Below are positions 1 to 9,009 of a stretch of 64,000 nt of DNA, in pieces. The notes below the pieces were generated by a model. That model was not told where the DNA came from, ran no database searches, and saw only the letters and a program-made list of their open reading frames with translations. The stretch spans positions 225 to 64,224 of the forward strand of contig CANQEM010000006.1 of NCBI GenBank assembly GCA_947594935.1, written 5' to 3'. The position numbers were made by a program, and so were the translations under genes. The number at the start of each line of letters is the position of its first letter. Position 1 is the first letter of the stretch. Source of the DNA: an uncultured Clostridia bacterium (GTDB taxonomy: Bacteria > Bacillota > Clostridia > TANB77 > CAG-508).

Positions 1-137
1 AGCTGGAATAAGTGAGATGTAGCGAAGTTTGAAAAATAAATTTAGATAAAAAATTTCAAGGTCAAATTTCCAAAATGGATTTGAGATTATAAAATGCAGT
101 AATTGCAATAGATATGTGGTTTTTCGAGGTAGTCACC

Positions 138-205
138 TCGACCATAAAACGCAAAGTAGAGCAGGTTTAATAGATTTTAGACCTGCTCTACTTTTTCTCT
201 AATTT
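138..205. repeat. Repeat A copy 1 (68 bp): terminator module with a 14-bp-stem hairpin (153-166 / 181-194), about 25 nt downstream of the fic stop
   Basis: tcgaccataaaacgcaaagtagagcaggtttaatagattttagacctgctctactttttctctaattt recurs at 1374-1441 with one mismatch. Confidence 0.9.
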
Positions 206-218
206 CCAAATTCCCTTT

Positions 219-1172
219 TTAGTGGAGCCGAATTCTTTTTAGTTTTCCTGTCTCTTTTAATTTTTTTATATTATATGATATTCCATCTCGTGATAGACCA
301 AGTGCTTTTGCCATTTGTGTTTGCGTAATACTTGGATTTTTCTTTATCAATTTTATTATTTTTTCTTGTGTAGTTTCTTGTGTAGTTTCTTGTGTAGTTG
401 TTTGTAGTTTTGACATGTCATCAACAGCTTCATCTATAATCTTTAATATAAATTCTATAAATTCCGTTGATTCTCCACAATTATTACATTTTTGAATAAC
501 AGTATAATATTCTTCTTGATTTTTCTTTATCATGCTTTCAATAGGTAAATATGTAAACGCTTTTTCCCAATGTGAAAGGATAACTGTTTGCCATAATCTT
601 GCAGTTCGACCATTTCCATCTGAAAAAGGATGTATAAACACAAACTCATAATGAAATATTGAAGAAAGTATAAGTGGATTTATTTTATCTTTTACTTCAT
701 TCATCCAATTAAATAAATTATCCATTAAACCAGAAACTAATTTATGTGGTGGAGCCATAAAAATTTGAACATCTCCATCATAAACAGCTTCCCCATGATT
801 TCTAAATTTTCCAGCATCCTCTTCAATTAAAAGAGTAAGTATTTTATGTACATCTTTTAAGTCTTTAATAGAATAAGGATTTAACTTATCAATTTGCTCA
901 TAAGCTTTATAAGCATTTTTAACTTCTTGAATATCTTTTCGTTCTCCAATTACCATTTTACCATTGATTACATCTTCAACTTGAAATAATGATAACTGAT
1001 TATTTTCAATTGCTAACGAAGAATGAATAGACCTTATTCTTGTTTTCCTTCTTAATTCAGGGTATCTATTTAAACTTTCAAAATAGTTTGCTTCTCCTAT
1101 TTTTTTCATAATATCTGATACATAATTTAATATTTTATCAGTTAATTTATATGGTGGATAATCTATTTTCAT
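219..1172 (-). CDS. Fic family protein (class II, N-terminal inhibitory helix) with C-terminal winged-HTH
   Basis: Fic active-site motif HPFSDGNGRTARL; inhibitory-helix motif S-x-x-x-E-N (SLAIEN) upstream of it; C-terminal HTH-like tail; ATG with GGGAGGTG RBS. Confidence 0.9.
   Translation of the reverse strand: MKIDYPPYKLTDKILNYVSDIMKKIGEANYFESLNRYPELRRKTRIRSIHSSLAIENNQLSLFQVEDVINGKMVIGERKDIQEVKNAYKAYEQIDKLNPYSIKDLKDVHKILTLLIEEDAGKFRNHGEAVYDGDVQIFMAPPHKLVSGLMDNLFNWMNEVKDKINPLILSSIFHYEFVFIHPFSDGNGRTARLWQTVILSHWEKAFTYLPIESMIKKNQEEYYTVIQKCNNCGESTEFIEFILKIIDEAVDDMSKLQTTTQETTQETTQEKIIKLIKKNPSITQTQMAKALGLSRDGISYNIKKLKETGKLKRIRLH
362..397. repeat. 3 x 12-bp in-frame tandem repeat (tttcttgtgtag) encoding (TTQE)3 in the linker between the Fic and HTH domains
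   Basis: Perfect triplicated 12-mer read directly from the sequence. Confidence 0.9.
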
Positions 1173-1249
1173 TTTTCACCTCCCGAAATTCAAAGTTATT
1201 ATATCACATAAATGTTGTATTTAAAAGCGAACATTAACATTTTTTATTT
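1170..1249 (-). repeat. Repeat B copy 1: promoter + 5' leader + RBS module of fic (extended -10 TGaTATAAT on the minus strand)
   Basis: 64-bp identical core (1186-1249) equals 9923-9986; homology continues with small indels to the start codon in both copies. Confidence 0.9.
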
Positions 1250-1373
1250 TTTCAATAATTTACACTTGCTAAATTGCAAAAACAAATATATAAACTACTA
1301 AACACTAAAAAAGTATAAATTATCATTGTCAATAGTTTCGGAAGAAAAATGCTAAGAATAGTTGGAGAACGCT

Positions 1374-1441
1374 TCGACCATAAAACGCAAAGTAGAGCAG
1401 GTTTAATAGATTTTAGGCCTGCTCTACTTTTTCTCTAATTT
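1374..1441. repeat. Repeat A copy 2: same terminator module, abutting the stop of the 1435..3396 gene
   Basis: 67/68 identity to 138-205. Confidence 0.9.
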
Positions 1442-3396
1442 TCTATTAGTTTGTATATGTTAAATTGATTTATGTTAGTTAATTTTTCAAAACTATATTT
1501 ATCATTATTATATTTTTCTAAGTCGTTTGCTGTAAATATATATTTAACCTCCAATTTTTGTAATTCTTGTGGTGTTAGGTTTACTTCAAAGTCATCTGGA
1601 TGTAATAATTTAAATTTTTTTTGCGGCATTTCTTGATCATTTCGTATATTTATCGTTATATTTGCATATCTATTATATACATCCTCATATTTCTTTTCAG
1701 TATCTATTTTATACCATTTTTCCATATCTGGGTATGTGTTTGTACTATTTATTACTGGTACACCTGCCATCAGTATAAAATTACCCGTATGGAAATTTGT
1801 TCCCTCTACTATCCATTTTCCATTCTCTTCTTTTTGTATTTGCTGTACTTGTTTTATTATTTCACTATTATATATTACATCTGTACCTCTTCTTAATGGA
1901 TTTACCATTCCTCCTGATATTATCATTATTGCCACTATACTGCAACTTAACAAGCCTTTTACATATTTTGATTGATATCTAAATAATAAATAAAATATAC
2001 CTGTATCAATTATAAATATTTTTACTAATCTAGTTATTGTTATATAATTTTGATTGTACTTTTTACACAACATAGAAATTATAATTGATAATATAATTGA
2101 AGATACCATTGCTATACTTTTCTTTACCGGCATTTTTTTGTTTGATATACTCCTTACTAATATTAGTATATCTATAAATCCTACTGCTAATATTGCTCTA
2201 CTTGATTGTACATTACTCAATAATGTTAATTTTGCTATTATAGTTGGAAATCCAATTATGCACCATATACTCAAGAAACCATATATTATCAAAAGTGTTA
2301 TTAGAAATACATCTTTCTTTTTATCCTTGATTAAGCTTATTACTGCTAATATTATACCTATTGGAAATAGTGTAAACATCGTTGATTCTTCACATACGTT
2401 TTTGTCTACTCCCTCTTGATTATATGGATAAAATAAGTTCGATGGATATTGAAAATATTTCGATATTGCTTGTCCACCGGTTTCCATTCTAGCTCCTGGA
2501 TATACCGTATTCATTACAGCTTTGATTGTATTCCAAGAAGTTAAAAATATGTATGTCATACAGCATATAAATATCAGCATTGCTATTAGAATTGATATTA
2601 TGTCTTTGCGTGTTATTTTGCAATTTTTTCTATTTGTAATAATTACTGATATTGCTAATGCTAAAAACACATAAAACATTGGTATTTGCCATGCAGGGTA
2701 TATTACTAGTATATATCCCCCTGCGCAAATTATCATTCCTAATAAATATATACACCTCTTTTTAAAGTTTTGCGTATTCATATATTTATGTAACAATATT
2801 ACTGCTAATTCACCAAATACAAATATTTCTACTATTCCATTTACTGCAAACCACCATTGTACAATTGGCGCTAATGTTATCAGTATTGACATGATAAATG
2901 ATAATAGTTTTTTCTTTTTTGTCAATATCATTCCTAATTCAAATGTTACCATGAATAAAGCTATAAATCTTCCACACCAAAAAAAAGATAATCCTTTTGC
3001 AACTCCTAAAAATAAAAATCCTATTTGAAATGGTCTAAATATTTGTACTAAATTTAATATTGGTAATCCATATACCATAAATACATCTGTATTACCTCCA
3101 CGAATTATGTTACTGAAATATTTGAATCCGTCAAATACTTGTGAAAATGTCATTGGTGTTAACACAGACCATTCGTCACTTCGTATTGCTCTTGATTTTC
3201 CAATTATTACCCCATCATCTACTTCTTGAAGTTCTAAAAATTCTTTCCAACATCCTATTGATGATCCACTTATTTCAAATATAATACATAATATAAATAT
3301 CACAATTGCAATATAGTATCTATTTTTGTATATTTTTGTACCTACATGATTTAATTTGTTCACTAAAATATCTATTTTATTTTTTATACCTTCCAA
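1435..3396 (-). CDS. Polytopic integral membrane protein with C-terminal soluble domain; possibly a GT-C-like glycosyltransferase/polymerase of the adjacent glycan operon
   Basis: More than 10 hydrophobic segments over aa 25-500, hydrophilic about 150-aa C-terminus; TTG start after GAGGAA RBS; same strand and tightly spaced with GT2 and methyltransferase genes. Function is inferred from context only. Confidence 0.5.
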   Translation of the reverse strand: MEGIKNKIDILVNKLNHVGTKIYKNRYYIAIVIFILCIIFEISGSSIGCWKEFLELQEVDDGVIIGKSRAIRSDEWSVLTPMTFSQVFDGFKYFSNIIRGGNTDVFMVYGLPILNLVQIFRPFQIGFLFLGVAKGLSFFWCGRFIALFMVTFELGMILTKKKKLLSFIMSILITLAPIVQWWFAVNGIVEIFVFGELAVILLHKYMNTQNFKKRCIYLLGMIICAGGYILVIYPAWQIPMFYVFLALAISVIITNRKNCKITRKDIISILIAMLIFICCMTYIFLTSWNTIKAVMNTVYPGARMETGGQAISKYFQYPSNLFYPYNQEGVDKNVCEESTMFTLFPIGIILAVISLIKDKKKDVFLITLLIIYGFLSIWCIIGFPTIIAKLTLLSNVQSSRAILAVGFIDILILVRSISNKKMPVKKSIAMVSSIILSIIISMLCKKYNQNYITITRLVKIFIIDTGIFYLLFRYQSKYVKGLLSCSIVAIMIISGGMVNPLRRGTDVIYNSEIIKQVQQIQKEENGKWIVEGTNFHTGNFILMAGVPVINSTNTYPDMEKWYKIDTEKKYEDVYNRYANITINIRNDQEMPQKKFKLLHPDDFEVNLTPQELQKLEVKYIFTANDLEKYNNDKYSFEKLTNINQFNIYKLIEN

Positions 3397-3424
3397 TTGT
3401 ATTTCCTCGCATATTTATATATTT

Positions 3425-5242
3425 CTATACTTTTATATCGTATTGTGCTGTTGTTAATGTCAAATTTTTATTGTAATATGGATCTCCACTTTCTATTACG
3501 TTTTTCCATTTTTCTTTAAAACTATTGCTTTCTCTTTCAAATCTTTCTTTTTTCTCTGGTGTATCCTCATATCCTCTCGTTTTTGATTCATAATGTATTA
3601 GTTCAATAAATGGATTATATATGATTTTATATCCCTTTTCTCTTATTTTTAAGCAGAAATCTACATCATTAAATGCTATCTTAAATTTTTCTTCATCCAT
3701 ATACCCTACTTCTTCATATATGCTTCTTTTTGAAAATAGACATGCGCCAGTAACAGCACTCATATTTTGAATTAAACAATCTTTTCCAAAATACGCATGT
3801 ATTCCATCTGGCAATCCTGTTAGCATGTTAGCTGCAAGTCCACATATTCCCACTACAATTCCTGCATGTTGTATTGATTTATCCTTGTAGTATAGTCTTG
3901 CTCCTACTGCTCCTACGTCTTCCCTTTGAGCAAATCCTATAAACTTTTCTAACCAATCTGGTGTTAACAATTCTGTATCACTATTTAGTTGTAAAACATA
4001 ATCTGCATCTGAATTTTTTACACCAAAATTTACTATTTTTGAATAATTAAATCCTTTTTCATTATATGTTATTACTTTTACTTTTTCATTTTTTTGTATT
4101 GCATCATAATATTTAAATGTTCTACTTTCTTCACTGTTATTTTCTATTATTATTATTTCATAATTCTGATATGTTGTCAGTTTTAATATTGAATTTATAC
4201 AATCTCTTAACGCATTTACACTATCTTTATTTGGTATTAGTATAGACACCTTAGGGTTTCCTTGCACTTCATATTCTACTTCATATATTCCTTTTATTTC
4301 TCCGTCACTTACTTTCGCTTGTAGTCCCTGCCTTTTTAAGTGATCTTCTATTACTCTTCTTCCTGCTTCATAAGCATAGGGTTTTGCATCTGAGATCATT
4401 GCTGTTGATTTTGGATGTACTCTCCAATGATATAATATTTTTGGAATATGTACTATATTTTTCGTTTCTTCTATTGCTCTTATTATTATGTCATAATCTT
4501 GTGCTCCATTGTATTCATCTCTAAATCCTTCAAGTTTGTCCATTAACTCTTTTTTAAATATTGATAAATGAGTTATGTAATTATTTGATCTTAATGTATC
4601 TATTGAAAAATCTGGTTTAAAATATGGATCTTTTCTGTTTTCTTTTTGACCCTCTATTTTATCTTCATCAGTATATATAAATTCCACTTCTGGATTTTCG
4701 TTTATACACTTTACTATCTCATATAAACAAAATATTGGTAATAAGTCATCATGATCTAGTAATGCAATATAATCACCTGTTGCAAGTTTTAGTGCTTCAT
4801 TTGTATTCCCTGATATTCCTTTATTTTCATTTAAATATTTATATTTAATTCGTGAATCTTTTGCGACTATTTTTTCTATCTGCTTATTTTGTTCAGGGCT
4901 TCCATCTGCCAAACACAATTCCCAATTCATATATGTTTGACTCATCACACATTCTACTAGTTCTTCAAAAAAAATTATTGGTGTATTATACATCGGCACT
5001 ATTATACTAATTTTTGGTTTTATGTTGAATTCTGTTTTTCTTTGTTGTTCTAATTCTTCTGCTGTTGGTTCATTATTTTTTATCCATATTCCATAATTAC
5101 TTTCAACTATTGGTTCATTCTTTTTGCTTAATTTATATTTTACCTTATTTATTGTTTTTACTATTATTTTTTTAATTGTTTTCATGAATCCATTCTTTTT
5201 CAAATAATATTTGGTTTGATTGTATCTATGTTTTATGTTCAT
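3425..5242 (-). CDS. Two-domain family 2 glycosyltransferase
   Basis: Two GT2 N-terminal signatures (ISIIVPMYN...DHDD and VSILIPNKD...NSD); 4-nt overlap with the upstream gene. Confidence 0.85.
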   Translation of the reverse strand: MNIKHRYNQTKYYLKKNGFMKTIKKIIVKTINKVKYKLSKKNEPIVESNYGIWIKNNEPTAEELEQQRKTEFNIKPKISIIVPMYNTPIIFFEELVECVMSQTYMNWELCLADGSPEQNKQIEKIVAKDSRIKYKYLNENKGISGNTNEALKLATGDYIALLDHDDLLPIFCLYEIVKCINENPEVEFIYTDEDKIEGQKENRKDPYFKPDFSIDTLRSNNYITHLSIFKKELMDKLEGFRDEYNGAQDYDIIIRAIEETKNIVHIPKILYHWRVHPKSTAMISDAKPYAYEAGRRVIEDHLKRQGLQAKVSDGEIKGIYEVEYEVQGNPKVSILIPNKDSVNALRDCINSILKLTTYQNYEIIIIENNSEESRTFKYYDAIQKNEKVKVITYNEKGFNYSKIVNFGVKNSDADYVLQLNSDTELLTPDWLEKFIGFAQREDVGAVGARLYYKDKSIQHAGIVVGICGLAANMLTGLPDGIHAYFGKDCLIQNMSAVTGACLFSKRSIYEEVGYMDEEKFKIAFNDVDFCLKIREKGYKIIYNPFIELIHYESKTRGYEDTPEKKERFERESNSFKEKWKNVIESGDPYYNKNLTLTTAQYDIKV

Positions 5243-7113
5243 TTATTTCCTCCATCTTTTCTCTGTCCTGTTATTTTCTTTATTGCTCTTGATATTTTCC
5301 ATGATAGTGAACTTGTAACTATTTGTGTTAATTCTTGTATCTTTTCATCTTTTTGCTGTATAAGCTGTAAATTTTCTTGAATATTGTTTTGTTCTGCTTT
5401 TATTTGTGCTATATTTCTTTGATTTTCTTCTTGTAATTGTTGTAATTGAATTTGTATTGATTGATTTGTTGTTCTTAATGTATGATTTTCAACTATAAGT
5501 CCTCTTACTGTTTTCATTGGTTTTTGCCATGCCTCACATATCTTATCGTCCATTATTTTTTCTGATATAATTTTTTCTAATTTATTAAATAGTTCTTTAT
5601 ATTGTAATATTCCTAATTTTTCATATATCTCATCTATATTAACTAGTTTTTTTAATTCTTCAAATATCAATAATTCTCTATATACTATAAATTCAATTGG
5701 AACTTTCGATTCTATCCATTCTTGATCATAAATATAAAATTCTCCATCTATTAAAAAACAATTTTGAAAATTTAAATCCCATAATCCCTCTTTTATAAAA
5801 TGCAAATTTTTTATCTCATCTTTTTCATATTGTATTTTTAAATTATCAAATATGTTGTTTTCTGCATCTGCTAATTCTAGCTTCATTATTGTTTTTTGAG
5901 TAAATTCATCTACTAATTGTATTAGTTTTTCTATCCCATTTGCTTTATACTCTTCAATCAATACTTTGTTATATGATTTTGCATTTAGAGCATATTTACT
6001 TATTATCTTTTCTTCGTCATACGTATCTAGTGTGTTTATTCCACTGTTTCTTAATATATCAATATTTTGCTTTATCATATTTATATGTTGTTTGGATAGA
6101 TCATTGTTTGGATACTTATATACTTTATCTCCTTGAATTATTGTTCTTAGCCTATATTGCTGTTTCCTATTGTTCCAAAATGATACATATTTTATCTGAT
6201 TTTCTTCTAAGTTATTTGCTATTTCAATAAAATATGAGTTTGTGAAGAATTCAAATAGTCTTTTGTCTTCTTTTATTACTTGTAAATATCCATCATTTTC
6301 ATGAAAGTTTATTACTTCCGTATCTTTAAAGAATGTCATGTTCCTATGAAGATTATCTTGATCTGGCATGAATTGCTTTGTAAAAATCACATTTGTATAT
6401 TTATAGTCTGGCAATGGATAATAATATTTTGTTTGACCTAGTTGTACCTTATCAAATACTTCTTCAAGTTCATTTTTTGATATAAGTTGACAGTCCTCAT
6501 CTGTCTTACCTATTTTGCTTATTGCGTTATATTCTATATCTCTATCATTTTCATTTATTACACACCAGTTTCTCATTGCAAATTTGTTATTAGTTGCTAT
6601 TAGTATTTTTCCATCTTCTTTTAATAATGCTTTTACATATTTCAAAAGATCTGTAATTGGCTCTTGACTTTTATATATTTTGGGTGCATATTCTAGTATT
6701 CCTATTAGCGTTATATAGTCAAATTTTTCATTTATTTTAATATCTTTCAAATTACCTATTATTATTTCAAGATTTTCCTTGTCTTCATGCCTTTTGGCTA
6801 TTGCTTGACCTCTCTCTTTTGAAAATTCAATCGACGTAACTTTGTGTGCTTTTTTACATAGTTCTCCTGTTATTTCGCCTACTCCCGCTCCTATTTCCAA
6901 AATATTGCTGTCTTTTTTAAATGGATACCAGTTAATTATATTTTTTCTTATTTCTGACAGCATACTTATTATTTCTATGTTGTTATCTTTTTTGATTATA
7001 TCTTCGTATTGTGTTTCTTTATATTGATTTATATAATTTTGTATAATATATTGTTCTCTAGCCAATTGGTTATAAATTATATCTTCTTTATAAAAATTTA
7101 GGTTTATCTTCAT
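5239..7113 (-). CDS. Class I SAM-dependent methyltransferase with kinase-like middle region and C-terminal coiled coil (WbdD-like architecture)
   Basis: SAM motif ILEIGAGVGEITGEL; middle WDLNFQN...IYDQEW resembles the H-x-D-x4-N...D-x-E of APH/choline-kinase folds; Q/E/N-rich heptad region at aa ~545-600. Confidence 0.7.
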   Translation of the reverse strand: MKINLNFYKEDIIYNQLAREQYIIQNYINQYKETQYEDIIKKDNNIEIISMLSEIRKNIINWYPFKKDSNILEIGAGVGEITGELCKKAHKVTSIEFSKERGQAIAKRHEDKENLEIIIGNLKDIKINEKFDYITLIGILEYAPKIYKSQEPITDLLKYVKALLKEDGKILIATNNKFAMRNWCVINENDRDIEYNAISKIGKTDEDCQLISKNELEEVFDKVQLGQTKYYYPLPDYKYTNVIFTKQFMPDQDNLHRNMTFFKDTEVINFHENDGYLQVIKEDKRLFEFFTNSYFIEIANNLEENQIKYVSFWNNRKQQYRLRTIIQGDKVYKYPNNDLSKQHINMIKQNIDILRNSGINTLDTYDEEKIISKYALNAKSYNKVLIEEYKANGIEKLIQLVDEFTQKTIMKLELADAENNIFDNLKIQYEKDEIKNLHFIKEGLWDLNFQNCFLIDGEFYIYDQEWIESKVPIEFIVYRELLIFEELKKLVNIDEIYEKLGILQYKELFNKLEKIISEKIMDDKICEAWQKPMKTVRGLIVENHTLRTTNQSIQIQLQQLQEENQRNIAQIKAEQNNIQENLQLIQQKDEKIQELTQIVTSSLSWKISRAIKKITGQRKDGGNK

Positions 7114-7168
7114 TAAGAGTTCTCCTTTATTCTTTTTTTGGCAAGATTACCCAATAATGTTTTATTCT

Positions 7169-7197
7169 AGTATATATATATATATATATAGTGTCAA
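7169..7197 (-). promoter_or_regulatory. SigA-type promoter of the glycan operon: -35 TTGACA (7197..7192), 17-nt spacer made almost entirely of (TA)n, -10 TATACT (7174..7169)
   Basis: Minus strand reads TTGACA c(ta)10 ctagaat; A-rich UP-like region upstream; about 50-nt leader to the RBS AAAGGAGAA before the ATG at 7113. Confidence 0.65.
7171..7190. repeat. (TA)10 dinucleotide microsatellite
   Basis: 20 nt of perfect TA repeats. Confidence 0.98.
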
Positions 7198-7262
7198 GCC
7201 TGTTTGAGTGATTTTACAAATTTTTAATATTTTTGTAATTTTTTTGTAATATTTTTTGTGCC

Positions 7263-7298
7263 ACAAAAAAAACAAACCTATTTTTAGATTTGTTTTTT
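7263..7298 (-). terminator. Rho-independent terminator after dpnB
   Basis: Minus strand: aacaaatct-loop-aggtttgtt followed by T8. Confidence 0.7.
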
Positions 7299-7366
7299 AA
7301 TATTCCGTAATTTATATTAACTTAATAAAAGTATCTTCTGTAAATGTGAAGCACGTCTACTATCTT

Positions 7367-8230
7367 CTATCTAAATATTTCTTCGATGACTCCATTTTTC
7401 ATATCATATATGTTGTAAATATCTTCCATAATGTCAAAAGTTTCTTGTAAGTTATTTTTAGCTGAATACCATCCAATTCCATCTGTAAACCAAACAAACT
7501 TGAAACCTACAATATTTTTAGATTCTTCTGCTATCATTTTATAACTTCTTGCAGTCTCATTTAGTTTTGAACCACTACTAGCATAGAAATTTGATTCAAT
7601 TCCATATATACAATTATCAGTTTTTACAACAAAGTCAAATCTTTTCGTTGATTGATTTTGGTTGCTAATAAATGACATGTCCAACTTCCATTTTTCTTCT
7701 ATATCTTGCAAATACATTTCTTTAAAATAAGTTTCATTTTTCTTAAATCCAGCTTTTTGAATAAATCTTTCTACAACATCTTCCATTAAATGTCCTCCAC
7801 GATTTTTTCTAGCATTCGAATTTAATCCAGACTCTACTCCTAAAACATAGTCGTACAAATTATTTACGAGATGATTTTGTATTAAATCAAATAATCCCGT
7901 TTCTTTCATAAATATTTTATATTGTGCTACATCATAATTCATTTTCTCAAAATTATATTCAAGCTTGTTTCCGTTACTATCTAAAACTATTATTTCATAT
8001 TGCCTAACTGCTAATAGTATTGGAATACACTTTAGAACTTCCGGATATTTTCTCATTAAATTTTCAAAATCAATTTCAATGTTTTTACTACCAATTAAGG
8101 AATTCATCATATTTAGTTCAAGTTTATGTTCTTCTGCATTTCTATATATTGTTTCAAAGTCTATATAATATTTATAATCTGCAATACTATCTGTAAAAGT
8201 AAGTATCCACTCTGCAAAATTTCTTTTCAT
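7367..8230 (-). CDS. dpnB: Type II restriction endonuclease, DpnII family (GATC)
   Basis: N-terminal region and length resemble my recollection of pneumococcal R.DpnII (not aligned); last gene of a dpnM-dpnA-dpnB arrangement. Confidence 0.8.
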   Translation of the reverse strand: MKRNFAEWILTFTDSIADYKYYIDFETIYRNAEEHKLELNMMNSLIGSKNIEIDFENLMRKYPEVLKCIPILLAVRQYEIIVLDSNGNKLEYNFEKMNYDVAQYKIFMKETGLFDLIQNHLVNNLYDYVLGVESGLNSNARKNRGGHLMEDVVERFIQKAGFKKNETYFKEMYLQDIEEKWKLDMSFISNQNQSTKRFDFVVKTDNCIYGIESNFYASSGSKLNETARSYKMIAEESKNIVGFKFVWFTDGIGWYSAKNNLQETFDIMEDIYNIYDMKNGVIEEIFR

Positions 8231-8232
8231 AG

Positions 8233-9009
8233 CTATTTCTCCTTTAATTCTTCAAATCTTTTTATAGATAAGTCTAAATAATCTTTATTATTATCAATTC
8301 CTATGTACTTTCTATTTAATTTTGATGCTGCAATTCCTGTTGTACTACTACCACAGAAAGGATCTAAAATTAAATCATTTTCTTTTGTTGATGCTAATAT
8401 TATTCTATCTAATATTTCTAAAGGTTTTTGAGTAGGATGCTTTCCTTGTTTTTTTTCAGAAGGTTTTGTCAAAGATGTAGTCCAAACATCTTTCATCTGC
8501 TTATTATTGTTTAATTGTTTCATTAAATCATAATTAAAAGTATATTTAGTTTTCTTCAAATCTTTTTTAGCCCATAATATTGTTTCTGTTGAATGAGTAA
8601 ATGTTTTACAAGCTAAATTAGGTGGTGGATTAGTTTTTTGCCATGTTATATTATTTATAATTTTAAAACCTTCTTCTTCAAGAGCCATTCCTATTGAATA
8701 AATATTGTGTAACGTTCCACTAATCCAAATAGTTCCATTATCTTTTAATACTCTGTAACATTCCTTTATCCATTTTTTATTAAAGTTATGTTTTTCTTTA
8801 ACTGATAAGGACTTGTCCCATTTTCCTTTATTAACACTAACCATTTTTCCGCCACTACATGTTATTCCATCATCAGACAAAAAATATGGTGGATCTGCAA
8901 ATATCATATCAAATATACTGTTTTTAAATAAAGTTAAAGCATTAAAAGTATCATCATTTATTAAGCTAAAGCTATCATTTTTGTAATAGAACTTTCCTGT
9001 GTATTCCAT
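8233..9009 (-). CDS. dpnA: DNA adenine methyltransferase, DpnA-like (second methylase of the DpnII system)
   Basis: FADPPYF catalytic motif, FCGSSTTG SAM motif, about 256-aa size and position as in the DpnII cassette. Confidence 0.85.
   Translation of the reverse strand: MEYTGKFYYKNDSFSLINDDTFNALTLFKNSIFDMIFADPPYFLSDDGITCSGGKMVSVNKGKWDKSLSVKEKHNFNKKWIKECYRVLKDNGTIWISGTLHNIYSIGMALEEEGFKIINNITWQKTNPPPNLACKTFTHSTETILWAKKDLKKTKYTFNYDLMKQLNNNKQMKDVWTTSLTKPSEKKQGKHPTQKPLEILDRIILASTKENDLILDPFCGSSTTGIAASKLNRKYIGIDNNKDYLDLSIKRFEELKEK

Noticed and set aside
1-137. Possible gene end or extended copy of repeat A at the left edge
   Set aside because: There is only weak, gapped similarity to 1330-1373 and a tiny hairpin (cgaggt-agtc-acctcg). 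The stretch is too short, with no open frame, to call anything.
1621-2419. Four plus-strand ORFs (61-121 aa) inside the 1435..3396 membrane-protein gene, and many similar 60-130 aa antisense ORFs in the track (for example 5940..6230, 7965..8168, 11562..12113, 34019..34463, 38809..39186, 44216..44563, 45290..45679, 52460..53185)
   Set aside because: They lie antisense within long, motif-supported genes. They have F/I/L/S/Y-rich low-complexity translations typical of the shadow frame of AT-rich coding DNA. None has an RBS or recognisable motif.
8961-9009. 49-nt dpnM/dpnA overlap as a sign of another frameshift
   Set aside because: Both proteins are complete, with all motifs in single frames. 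The overlap just reflects a slightly extended DpnM C-terminus.
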